DNA from: an uncultured Candidatus Binatia bacterium | GTDB taxonomy: Bacteria; Desulfobacterota; Binatia; UBA9968; JAJDTQ01 | Length of the DNA: 64,000 nucleotides | Assembly (NCBI GenBank): GCA_965215605.1 | Contig: OZ244070.1 | Location: 896,001 to 960,000, forward strand | Direction of reading: 5' to 3' | Shown: piece after piece, positions 8,921 to 17,214 of the stretch | Position numbering within the stretch: the stretch's first letter is position 1 | How the letters are laid out: each line of letters begins with the position of its first letter | Program-made: the position numbers and the translations under genes | Notes under the pieces: model-generated | Told to the model about the DNA's origin: nothing | The model's database searches: none | The model's input: the letters and a program-made list of their open reading frames with translations, nothing else

Positions 8921-9648
8921 CAGAGGACTTGCGGAAGCAAATCGCCGAGCTAAGTGGCGTTCACAAGAGACTGACGGACGTCGTCGAGCACGACGCCGAA
9001 ATCCTCTTGTCCGGCACGTTGGATTTCGAGGCGTCCGCCGATGGGCTGGAAACCATCACGGCGTCGTTCGCCGTTGAACTGAGCATCCCGCACGTGTTCC
9101 CTGACCGATTACCGTGGGCGAAGGAGATCGGTGGCCGGATTGGGACCGATTACGAACATCTCAATTCAGATGGCACGCTGTGCCTCGCTGTCCCGGTTGA
9201 GCAGCGACGCGTGTTTTTTGAGCAGCCCACTCTGCTCGGATTTGTAGACCGGCTACTAGTCCCCTATCTGTATGGGTACTGTTTCTGGAGGAAGCACGGT
9301 TATCACCCGTTCGACGAAGCGGCGCACGGAAATGAGGGGATCCTGCGCTACTATGTCGATACCCTCGGCTTGCGAGATCCCCTCAAGGTGCTGGCCTTCA
9401 TCTGTTTCCTCTTCGAGCATGGATACCGCGGGCACCACGACTGTCCCTGTGGGAGCGGTCGCAAAGTTCGGGCGTGCCACGGACCAGTGTTGCACGCTCT
9501 CCACAAGCATCATACGCGGGAGACGGTCCGCGGCGATTTCTTGGCAATCCTTGGTATCTGTTTCGCCCGATTCGAAAAAGGCCAGCTCTCCTTTTCGGGT
9601 CCACTGCGAAATCAACTGATCCGGCTACTGAAAAGGTTTAAGGACTGA
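8917..9648 (+). CDS. Prokaryotic E2 (ubiquitin-conjugating-like) protein with C-terminal SEC-C motif
   Basis: FPDRLP and HLNSDGTLCL (E2-type HxN...GxLC, Cys at 9181-9183). CPCGSGRKVRACH SEC-C motif. GTGA start/stop overlap with the CD-NTase. Confidence 0.8.
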   Translation: MTEDLRKQIAELSGVHKRLTDVVEHDAEILLSGTLDFEASADGLETITASFAVELSIPHVFPDRLPWAKEIGGRIGTDYEHLNSDGTLCLAVPVEQRRVFFEQPTLLGFVDRLLVPYLYGYCFWRKHGYHPFDEAAHGNEGILRYYVDTLGLRDPLKVLAFICFLFEHGYRGHHDCPCGSGRKVRACHGPVLHALHKHHTRETVRGDFLAILGICFARFEKGQLSFSGPLRNQLIRLLKRFKD

Positions 9649-10870
9649 AGGTCGCTTCCCTGGCCGGGGCTTGGTCCTCGTCGCCAATCGGGTATCCTTT
9701 CAGGATGTCGGCGGCGATGCTGTCGGACACGCGGGTGGCGGACTCGCGCACCGACTCCCGCGCCAGATGCGCGTACCGCGCGGTGGTCTCCACCTTGGTG
9801 TGACCCAGGAGCTTCCCGATCATGGTCAGCCCTTCGCCGAGCGCCAGCGCCCTGGACGCGAACGAGTGGCGGCAGTCGTGGAGCCGCACGTCCTCCAACT
9901 CCGCGCGCTTGCGGATCCGGTCCCAGGGGTCGTTCAGGTTGCGCAGGTGCGTGCCCGCCTTCTTCCCGGGGATCACGTGCGGGTTCCCCTCCACGCGCGG
10001 GATGCCGGCGAGCACCCGGGCCGCCTCCGGCGAGAGCGGCGCCACGCGCGCTCCGGTCTTGGAGTCCTCGAGCTTGATCTCGCGCGCATCGAGGTTCACG
10101 TCCCGCCAGCGGAGCGCCAGGACCTCGTTCCGCCTCAACCCCGTGAGCAGCAGCAGCCGGATCGCCGCCACCGCGTGCACCGACATTCCATTCCCGTTCT
10201 CCGCCTCCGCCAGCGCCCGGCCCAGCCGGCGGAACTCCTCCTCGCTCAGGAACCGCTCGCGCCCGCGCTCGCGGTTCTTCACCACCACCCGGCACGGGTT
10301 GCTCGCCTCCGGCAACTCCCCCCGGTCCTCCGCCGAGCTCCAGATGCGCGACAGCGCCTCCACAGTCCGGTTCGCCATCGACGGCGTCCCGCGCATCGAG
10401 TGGTGCAGTTCGGTTACCCGCTTGTGATCCACCGCCAGCGCCGGGACTCTGCCGAGTGCTGGCAGCAGGTGCTTGCGGACGATCAGCGTGTACATCTCCA
10501 CCGTCCTTGGCTTGCACCGCACGGCCACGTGCTCCTCGAGCCACCGGCGCGCAAGCTCCCCCACCGTGGGACCCTCGACCAGCGCCGCAGCGGGTTCCGC
10601 CAGCGGCTCCTCTCCCGCCTTGATGCGCGCGATGATCAGCGCCGCCCGCCTGCGCGCCTCCTCCGCCGTCACGATCCCGTGCCGGCCCACCGTCACCCGC
10701 TTCGCCGCCTTGCCGTTGGCCCGGGTCTGCACCACGTAGTACTTGCTCCCCGACGGATAGGCGCGAACCCCGAAGCCCGAAAGCTCCGAGTCCCAATAGA
10801 CCGTGTCCCTCTCCACTGCCAGCGCTTCCACCGTGCGCTTCGAAATCGTCGCCGTGGTGAGCTTCGCCAT
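9638..10870 (-). CDS. Tyrosine recombinase/integrase with N-terminal arm-DNA-binding domain
   Basis: YWDSELSGFGVR arm domain. Catalytic TGLRRNE, KTG, HDCRH, LLGH, TARY all present. Confidence 0.93.
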   Translation of the reverse strand: MAKLTTATISKRTVEALAVERDTVYWDSELSGFGVRAYPSGSKYYVVQTRANGKAAKRVTVGRHGIVTAEEARRRAALIIARIKAGEEPLAEPAAALVEGPTVGELARRWLEEHVAVRCKPRTVEMYTLIVRKHLLPALGRVPALAVDHKRVTELHHSMRGTPSMANRTVEALSRIWSSAEDRGELPEASNPCRVVVKNRERGRERFLSEEEFRRLGRALAEAENGNGMSVHAVAAIRLLLLTGLRRNEVLALRWRDVNLDAREIKLEDSKTGARVAPLSPEAARVLAGIPRVEGNPHVIPGKKAGTHLRNLNDPWDRIRKRAELEDVRLHDCRHSFASRALALGEGLTMIGKLLGHTKVETTARYAHLARESVRESATRVSDSIAADILKGYPIGDEDQAPAREATFSP

Positions 10871-10891
10871 TCGAGGATGCCTCCCTCCGGC

Positions 10892-12073
10892 TCAGACCGC
10901 GCCCGGCGGCAGGACGTCCGCCGCGATGCTGCCCCCGACCCGGGCGGCCGAAGCCTTCTCCGTGTCCCGCGCCAGATGCGCATAGCGCGCCGTGGTCGCC
11001 ACCTTCGCGTGACCCAGCAGCGCGCCGATCATCGAAAGCCCCTCGCCCAGCGCCAGCGCCCGCGAGGCGTACGAATGACGGCAGTCGTGTAGCCGCACGT
11101 CGCCGAGCCCCGCCCGCCTGCGGAGCCTCATCCAGACGGCATCGAGGTTCGTGAGACGAGTTCCGGGCTTCCGCCCCGCGATCACCCACGGATTGTCCTT
11201 CGTCCGCGGTATCCCCGCGAGCACCGCCTCCACCGCCGGCGTGAGCGGCACGCTGCGCCATCCCGTCTTGCCGTCCCTCAGCCGAAGCTCCCCCGCCGTG
11301 TGGTCCACGTCGTCCCACCTGAGCGTCAGGATCTCGTTCCGGCGGCAGCCCGTGAGCAGCAGCAGACGGAGCGCGGGGATCGCCGGAGGGAACACCGTGC
11401 CGTCGGCTTCCGCCTCGTCGAGCACCCGCCCCAACTCGCGGTACTCCTCGGGCGTCAGGAACCGCTCGCGGCGCGTCTCCCTGTAGCGGCGCACAGACCG
11501 GCACGGATTGCGCCGCGGCGGCGTCATCCCCCAGGCCTCCGCCAGTCGGAACATGTGCGCCAGGACCCCCACCGCCGCGTTCGCCTGGTAGGGCTTCCCC
11601 CGGAGCTTGTGATGGAACTCCGAGACTTGCGGGCGATCCACCTTCGAGAGCTGCAGATGGCCCAGCTCCGGCACGATGTACAGGCGCAGGATACGCCCAA
11701 AGGCCTCCACCGTCGCGGGCCGGCAGTTCACCCGCACATGGGCCTCTATGTAGCGCTCGGCGAGATCCGCCACCGTGGGCCCGGGCGCCGCGGGCGGAGG
11801 GGCGGGCTCCAGCCCCTGCTTGATGCGGTCGATGGCGAGCGCCGCCTTGCGGCGGGCGTCCTCGGGTGTCAGCCTGCCGTAGCGGCCGAGCGCGAAGCGC
11901 TTCGGCCCCCCGGCCGGTCCCCGGGTCTGCACGCACCAGACCTTGCGGCCCGAGGCATACACCCGAATGCCGAACCCCGGCAGGTCTCGGTCCCAGACCA
12001 CGGTGTCGCCGGACTCGACGGAGAGCGCATCGACGGTGCGCTTGGTAAGCTTGATGGGTTGGCGCGTGGGCAT
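10892..12073 (-). CDS. Tyrosine recombinase/integrase, paralog of the adjacent integrase
   Basis: VWDRDLPGFGIR, TGCRRNE, KTG, HDCRH, LLGH, TARY. ATG at 12073 with GGAGG RBS. Confidence 0.92.
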   Translation of the reverse strand: MPTRQPIKLTKRTVDALSVESGDTVVWDRDLPGFGIRVYASGRKVWCVQTRGPAGGPKRFALGRYGRLTPEDARRKAALAIDRIKQGLEPAPPPAAPGPTVADLAERYIEAHVRVNCRPATVEAFGRILRLYIVPELGHLQLSKVDRPQVSEFHHKLRGKPYQANAAVGVLAHMFRLAEAWGMTPPRRNPCRSVRRYRETRRERFLTPEEYRELGRVLDEAEADGTVFPPAIPALRLLLLTGCRRNEILTLRWDDVDHTAGELRLRDGKTGWRSVPLTPAVEAVLAGIPRTKDNPWVIAGRKPGTRLTNLDAVWMRLRRRAGLGDVRLHDCRHSYASRALALGEGLSMIGALLGHAKVATTARYAHLARDTEKASAARVGGSIAADVLPPGAV

Positions 12074-12325
12074 GGGGCGATTTCCTCCGACCTCGGAATC
12101 GGAGAAAATGCTATCAGGACCGTAATCGAAACGCAACCCAGTGAAATCGTATCCTGGTGTTTTCGAGGTCAACGGCTGGCGCCGGTTGACGGAATAGCGC
12201 AGGGAGGCGAGCCTTTCGGGATCGTCAGTAAGCTATTGTAATACAGACGATTATTGCAGTCCTGTCGTGTCAGGACTTGACATGACAGCGCTTGTCCGCT
12301 ACCCGAGAAACATTGAGAAAACCGG

Positions 12326-12463
12326 TGATATATATGGGTCTTTTTTGCCGTCGGCTGCGTTGCTCTTCCTCGCGTGGTAACCGCCACTGCTCGTCATCGC
12401 GCCTTGCCGACAACAAAAAATCCTCCGCATCTCATCATGCGAACTAACCGGACAGGACACTAG
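12326..12463. repeat. Palindromic MITE-like element, truncated on island side
   Basis: Inner inverted repeat TTTTTTGCCGTCGGC (12341-12355) / GCCGACAACAAAAAA (12406-12420). Outer arm GAACTAACCGGACAGGACACTAG ends in CTAG. Arm recurs at 41471 and 54544. Confidence 0.65.
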
Positions 12464-13203
12464 CGCGAGGGGAACACGACGGCGCGCTGCGGCTCGCCCA
12501 GCAGGCGGATGAATCCCCCGAAGGCCGTCTCGCTCAGTTGTTGGAGCCGCGGGATGTTCACCGGCGTTTCCCGCCGGATGCGTTCCGCGGTGATGCGTGG
12601 TCGAAGGTTCCTGAGCTCGGCCTTGTGCACCGGCACGTTGAGCCAGCGCTCGATCAACGGAACGTCCACCTCCAGGTGGAACTGGAAGCCGTAGACGCGG
12701 TCGCCGAAGCGGAAGGCCTGATTCCGGCAGTCGGGCGAGGTCGCCAGCAGGACCGCCTTCCTCGGCAGGTGGAACGTGTCCGCGTGCCACTGGAAGAGTG
12801 TTTCGGTTTCCCTGAAACCGGCGAACAGCGGGTCCCGCCTGCCCTCCTCCGTGATCGAAACGCCGTACCAGCCGATCTCGGGAACCTTGTTGGGTTTCAC
12901 CCTGGCCCCGAGCGCCTTGGCGACGAGCTGCGCGCCGAGACAGATTCCCAGCACCGGAAGATCCTTGTCGAGGGCCCTCCGGATCAGCGACACCTCCGTG
13001 GCCAAATGCCCGTGCTCGACCTCGTAGGCGCTCATGGGACCGCCGAGCATCACCAAGCCGCTGTAGCCGTCGAGCCCGGGGCTGGCGTCGGGATGACGTC
13101 CGAAGTTCACGTAGCGCATCCGGAAGCCCGCTTCCCGGAGCATCGGGTTCAGCGTTCCCAGTATCTCGAACGGTACGTGCTGGCAGACGAGCAGCTTCTT
13201 CAT
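12460..13203 (-). CDS. Class I glutamine amidotransferase (GMP synthase-like domain)
   Basis: LGGPMS, PVLGICLGAQL (Cys nucleophile), FQFHLE (His-Glu). Confidence 0.9.
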   Translation of the reverse strand: MKKLLVCQHVPFEILGTLNPMLREAGFRMRYVNFGRHPDASPGLDGYSGLVMLGGPMSAYEVEHGHLATEVSLIRRALDKDLPVLGICLGAQLVAKALGARVKPNKVPEIGWYGVSITEEGRRDPLFAGFRETETLFQWHADTFHLPRKAVLLATSPDCRNQAFRFGDRVYGFQFHLEVDVPLIERWLNVPVHKAELRNLRPRITAERIRRETPVNIPRLQQLSETAFGGFIRLLGEPQRAVVFPSR

Positions 13204-13299
13204 GGATGAAGGACGGGCTCCCGCGGGACTTCAACGAGAAACTAACAGAAATCCCCACGGACGGCGACGGAGGTCCGGCCGTCCGGGCGATCCGCCGTG

Positions 13300-14169
13300 C
13301 TACCAGTGCCGCCCGAGGGTCACGAAGATGGCACCCGACACCACCAGCAGCGTGCCGAAGACCACCGCCGGGGTCGTGTTCTCGATGCGGCGCAGAATGA
13401 TGCTGGCCATCAGCACGGTCCATACCGGCGACGTGGCGGTGATGGGAGAGACGACCACGGTCGGCCCCGACGCCAGGGCGAAGAACAGCAGCAGGATCGC
13501 CATGGTCTCGCCGACACCGGAGATGGCGAAAGGGAGCAACGCCTTCCGGTGCCACACGATGGGATCCCGAGGCAGCGGCAGCGACAGGTAGGTCATGAAG
13601 CAGCCCAGCGAGACGATCCCTACCAGCGCCGCGAAGAACAGCGGCTCGTCGGCCAGGAGCATGGCGTATCGACGGATAGGGTGCACGGTGGAGGTCATCA
13701 CGGAGGTCGCCACCGGCAGCACTAGGTACCAGCGACGAAAGTCGGGGATCTGCTCGTCCATTCTCCACGAGGTGAGAGCGGTGCCGCCCACGATCAGCAG
13801 CACCCCCGCCAGATTGAGGGCATTGGTCTGCTCTCCCAGCACGGTGACGCCGATCAGCACGGTGAGCATGGGGTGCGTATTGCGCAGGGTGACGGCCCGG
13901 GATACACCCACCTTGGAGATGGCCAGATAGTGGCACGACCGCAGCACCGTCTGCAGCACGCCGGTGATGACCACCAGATAGAGCGCCGTGCGGGGAACCG
14001 AGGGGGCCCCCTCGGTGAAGAGGACCACGGACGACAGCCCCACCGCGTGCACGGTCAGCGAGAACAGCACGGCGGTGTTGGGGGTCGAGTACCGCAGTCC
14101 CCACCGAGCCGCGATGTTCGACGTGGCGTAGGAGAACGCGGTAAGGAGGGCGAGCAGTTCGAAGGACAT
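13300..14169 (-). CDS. DMT/EamA family transporter
   Basis: About 10 hydrophobic helices in two repeats, with LGE and SPVWTVL motifs. Start trimmed to MSFELL. Confidence 0.85.
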   Translation of the reverse strand: MSFELLALLTAFSYATSNIAARWGLRYSTPNTAVLFSLTVHAVGLSSVVLFTEGAPSVPRTALYLVVITGVLQTVLRSCHYLAISKVGVSRAVTLRNTHPMLTVLIGVTVLGEQTNALNLAGVLLIVGGTALTSWRMDEQIPDFRRWYLVLPVATSVMTSTVHPIRRYAMLLADEPLFFAALVGIVSLGCFMTYLSLPLPRDPIVWHRKALLPFAISGVGETMAILLLFFALASGPTVVVSPITATSPVWTVLMASIILRRIENTTPAVVFGTLLVVSGAIFVTLGRHW

Positions 14170-14313
14170 CTCTTCCCCGGGAAAGCGGACGGGCACGGAG
14201 GGCCGGCATCCCCGTGGCGGTGCCGGAATCATGCCGATGTTCCACGGCGTATCCCGGATCAGGAGAAAATGCGAACGCCGGATCGAAGGCAGCAACGCCG
14301 CAAAGGCAGCTCC

Positions 14314-14901
14314 ATGAAGAAGTTCAGGTTCGACCGCGCGTACTACGACCGGTGGTACAGGGACGACGAGACGCGGACTCTCATGACGGAATACACCCCC
14401 GTCATCGTCCGCTTCGTGCTCGCCTACCTCGACTACCTGGAGGTGGAGGTGAAGACGGTGTTGGACGCCGGCTGCGGCCTCGGGCACTGGCGGACCGCGC
14501 TGAAGGATCTCCGCCGGGACATCGAATACCACGGGTTGGAGACGAGCGAGTATCTCTGCGAAGAGTATTCATGGGAGAAGGGCTCCATCGTCGACTACAA
14601 GTCCGCGGAGTCGTTCGATCTGGTGGTGTGCCAGGGCGTGCTCCAGTACCTGAGCGATGCGGAGTGCAAGGCCGCCATCGACAACATCGCCGAGCTGTGC
14701 TCGCAAGCCCTCTACCTCGAAGTGCTCACCCGCCGCGACGCCAGGGAAAACACGATCCCCGAGCGCACCGACGCCGACGTCTACCTGCGCAAGGGAAAAT
14801 GGTACCGCAAGCGCCTCGAGAAACACTTCCTGAATCTGGGCGGCGGACTCTTCCTGTCCAGCAACTGCGCGGCGACCTGCTATGAGCTGTGGACCCCGTA
14901 G
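14314..14901 (+). CDS. Class I SAM-dependent methyltransferase
   Basis: VLDAGCGLG motif I and FDLVVCQGVLQYL. Confidence 0.85.
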   Translation: MKKFRFDRAYYDRWYRDDETRTLMTEYTPVIVRFVLAYLDYLEVEVKTVLDAGCGLGHWRTALKDLRRDIEYHGLETSEYLCEEYSWEKGSIVDYKSAESFDLVVCQGVLQYLSDAECKAAIDNIAELCSQALYLEVLTRRDARENTIPERTDADVYLRKGKWYRKRLEKHFLNLGGGLFLSSNCAATCYELWTP

Positions 14902-14916
14902 CACCCGGAAGACCCG

Positions 14917-14961
14917 CTTGCCATGGCCGGCGTGTTGACACGGCACGCCGGTCATGGCAAG
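14917..14961. repeat. 18-bp inverted repeat (terminator or operator)
   Basis: CTTGCCATGGCCGGCGTG / CACGCCGGTCATGGCAAG, one mismatch, 9-nt loop. Confidence 0.6.
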
Positions 14962-15021
14962 TCAGCACTTCAAATTCCAGGCATTTAAAGACCTTCCTGA
15001 ACGAGAAGCCATGAGGAACAA

Positions 15022-16557
15022 ATGTGGGAAGCTTCCATAGCGGCGGCGGAGAAGCTCTTTTCGCTCGGGCCGATGCTGGTCATCCTGCTGATGCTGCCCA
15101 TCGCGCTCGTGTCGGGCCTGATGCCCGGGGGGAACCTGCCCGTCGCCGTGGTGCTGCTGGGGTTCGCCGGGTACGTGGACCCGTGGATCACGGTGACCGC
15201 GGTGGTGTTCTTCCTGGCGGCCAGCGACATCACCGAGCCGGTCCCCTCAATTCTGATGGGCATTCCCGGCGCCCGTTCGGCCCAGGCGACGATCCTCGAC
15301 GGCTACCCGCTGGCCCGCAAGGGACTGGCGGGCGTGGCGCTTGGCGCCAGCTACATGTGCACCCTGGTGGGCGGCATTATCGGCGCGTTGGCGCTCTTGC
15401 TGGCGCTGCCCATCTCCCGTGAGCTGCTGAGGCTGTTCGGCGCCGCCGAATTCTTCCTGCTGTCACTGCTGGGCCTCATGTGCGTGGCCATCGTCAGCTC
15501 GGGCGCCTTCGTCAAGGGCATGCTGACGGCCTGCTTCGGGCTTGCCATCTCCATGATCGGCTTCTCCGTCATCGGCGGCAACACCCGCACCACCTTCGGC
15601 ATCGACTACCTCTGGGACGGCATCCCCCTGGCCCCGGTGGTCATCGGCCTGTTCGCCCTGCCCGAGGTGGTGGACCTGGTGGTGTCCAACACGCCCATCG
15701 CCCGCGAACGCCTGGAGACCATGCTGAAGGAGGCGGACAAGGACGTCTACAAGGGCATGAAGGAAGCCCTCAACAACAAGTGGCTGCTGGTGCGCTCGTC
15801 GCTCATCGGCACCTTCGTGGGGATGATGCCGGGCATCGGCTCCTCCGGCGCTCACTGGATCGCCTACGCCCAGGCCCGCCATACCGAGAAGGGCGCCATG
15901 GAAACCTTCGGCACGGGCGACGTGCGCGGCGTCATCGCCGCGGACTCGGCCAACAACTCGGTGGACGGTGGCGTGCTGATTCCCACGGTGGTGTTCGGGA
16001 TACCGGGCAGCGGCGGCATGGCCATCCTGCTGGCGATCCTGGTGCTGTCGGGGGTCCAGCCGGGTCCGGCGATGCTGACCGAGAACCTCGACCTGACCAT
16101 CAGCCTGGTCTACACCATCGTTCTGGGCAACGTCATCGTCGTGCCCATCATGCTTTATTTCGCGCCCACCCTGACCCGCGTCGCGGCCATCTCTCCCAAC
16201 ATTCTCGCGCCCATCATCATCGGCTTGGTGACCCTGGCCGCCTTCCAGGCCACCTATTCCATGGAGGACCTCGGCCTGGTGCTGGCCTTCGGCGTGCTGG
16301 GCCTGTTCATGAAGCGCTACGGCTGGCCGCGCCCGCCGATCCTCATCGCGGTGGTGCTGGCGGACATCGTGGAGAAGTACCTGTGGCTCTCGGCCAACAC
16401 CTACGGCTGGTCCATGTTCGCCCGTCCGCAGTTCCTGTCCATCGTCGTGGTGATGGTCCTGGTGATGGTGGTGAGCCTGCGCATGCAACAGGGGGCCAAG
16501 AGAGCGGCGCAAGAGTCCACGGGCGAAGGCCAGGCACCCGGACTGGATGACGACTGA
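15022..16557 (+). CDS. tctA: Tripartite tricarboxylate transporter permease TctA
   Basis: ILMGIPG...ATILDGYPLARKG, GVIAADSANNS, GIPGS, GWPRPP motifs. Confidence 0.9.
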   Translation: MWEASIAAAEKLFSLGPMLVILLMLPIALVSGLMPGGNLPVAVVLLGFAGYVDPWITVTAVVFFLAASDITEPVPSILMGIPGARSAQATILDGYPLARKGLAGVALGASYMCTLVGGIIGALALLLALPISRELLRLFGAAEFFLLSLLGLMCVAIVSSGAFVKGMLTACFGLAISMIGFSVIGGNTRTTFGIDYLWDGIPLAPVVIGLFALPEVVDLVVSNTPIARERLETMLKEADKDVYKGMKEALNNKWLLVRSSLIGTFVGMMPGIGSSGAHWIAYAQARHTEKGAMETFGTGDVRGVIAADSANNSVDGGVLIPTVVFGIPGSGGMAILLAILVLSGVQPGPAMLTENLDLTISLVYTIVLGNVIVVPIMLYFAPTLTRVAAISPNILAPIIIGLVTLAAFQATYSMEDLGLVLAFGVLGLFMKRYGWPRPPILIAVVLADIVEKYLWLSANTYGWSMFARPQFLSIVVVMVLVMVVSLRMQQGAKRAAQESTGEGQAPGLDDD

Positions 16558-17102
16558 TGGACGGAGGCGACAACATGAGCCCGGGCAACGATCCGGCGGG
16601 GACGGCGCGGCGCGGCTTCTCCGTCGAGGTGATCGGAGAGATCACCCTGCTGACTATCGTCGGCGCGCTCTTCCTCTATATGTTCATCGAATCCTTCTCC
16701 TGGCCCGAGGGGTCGGCCCTGATGCCGCGTATCGCCATCGTGATGGGCACGCCGTTCTGGGTCGCGCGCCTGATCAGCCTGCTCCGTAGCACCCGGGAGA
16801 CCTCGTCCGAACAGATCATGGACCTGGGTTTCCGCACCGGCGAAGATCCCCGGGGCGAACGCATCCGTTTCGCCCGCATCTGTCTCTACATCGTGGGCCT
16901 TTACGCCGCCATCTGGCTGGTGGGGTTCCACATCGCCATCCCGCTTGGAGTCTCCTTCTACGTAAAGGTCTACGGCCGCGCCGGATGGATCTGGTCGACG
17001 GTCCTGGGGCTGCTGTTCCTGGCGCTGATCGTCGGGGTCTACGACCGGTTCCTGAACGCCACCTGGCACGACCCTCCGCTTCTCAGGCTGTTCTGGGGTT
17101 GA
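16557..17102 (+). CDS. tctB: Tripartite tricarboxylate transporter TctB family protein
   Basis: Small 4-5 TM protein translationally coupled to tctA. Confidence 0.8.
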   Translation: MDGGDNMSPGNDPAGTARRGFSVEVIGEITLLTIVGALFLYMFIESFSWPEGSALMPRIAIVMGTPFWVARLISLLRSTRETSSEQIMDLGFRTGEDPRGERIRFARICLYIVGLYAAIWLVGFHIAIPLGVSFYVKVYGRAGWIWSTVLGLLFLALIVGVYDRFLNATWHDPPLLRLFWG

Positions 17103-17111
17103 CCGGAAATG

Positions 17112-17145
17112 AAACGGCCATCCGCCGAGTGGCGGATGGCCGTTT
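17112..17145. terminator. Bidirectional intrinsic terminator
   Basis: Perfect 15-bp stem AAACGGCCATCCGCC-GAGT-GGCGGATGGCCGTTT between convergent genes. Confidence 0.8.
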
Positions 17146-17214
17146 TCTTACGAACCACTGGGAGCCTACGCTACGGTGGACCCCCGCAGGGGGCGACCGC
17201 CGGTGGCACCTGCC

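Larger units (their letters stand above)
1..12325. mobile_element. Integrative genomic (defence) island, right part
   Basis: Two tyrosine integrases at the edge, defence cargo (RM, TA, CBASS), an IS remnant, and visibly more AT-rich cargo than the backbone. Left end lies outside the window. Right boundary inferred. Confidence 0.7.

Noticed and set aside
9612-11936. 774-aa ORF and other long ORFs overlapping the integrases
   Set aside because: Alternate-frame, Gly/Ala/Arg-rich shadows typical of high-GC DNA, with no motifs.
12074-12460. tRNA/tmRNA or guaA attachment site next to the integrases
   Set aside because: No cloverleaf or T-loop/CCA seen. The neighbour is a stand-alone GATase domain, not full GuaA.
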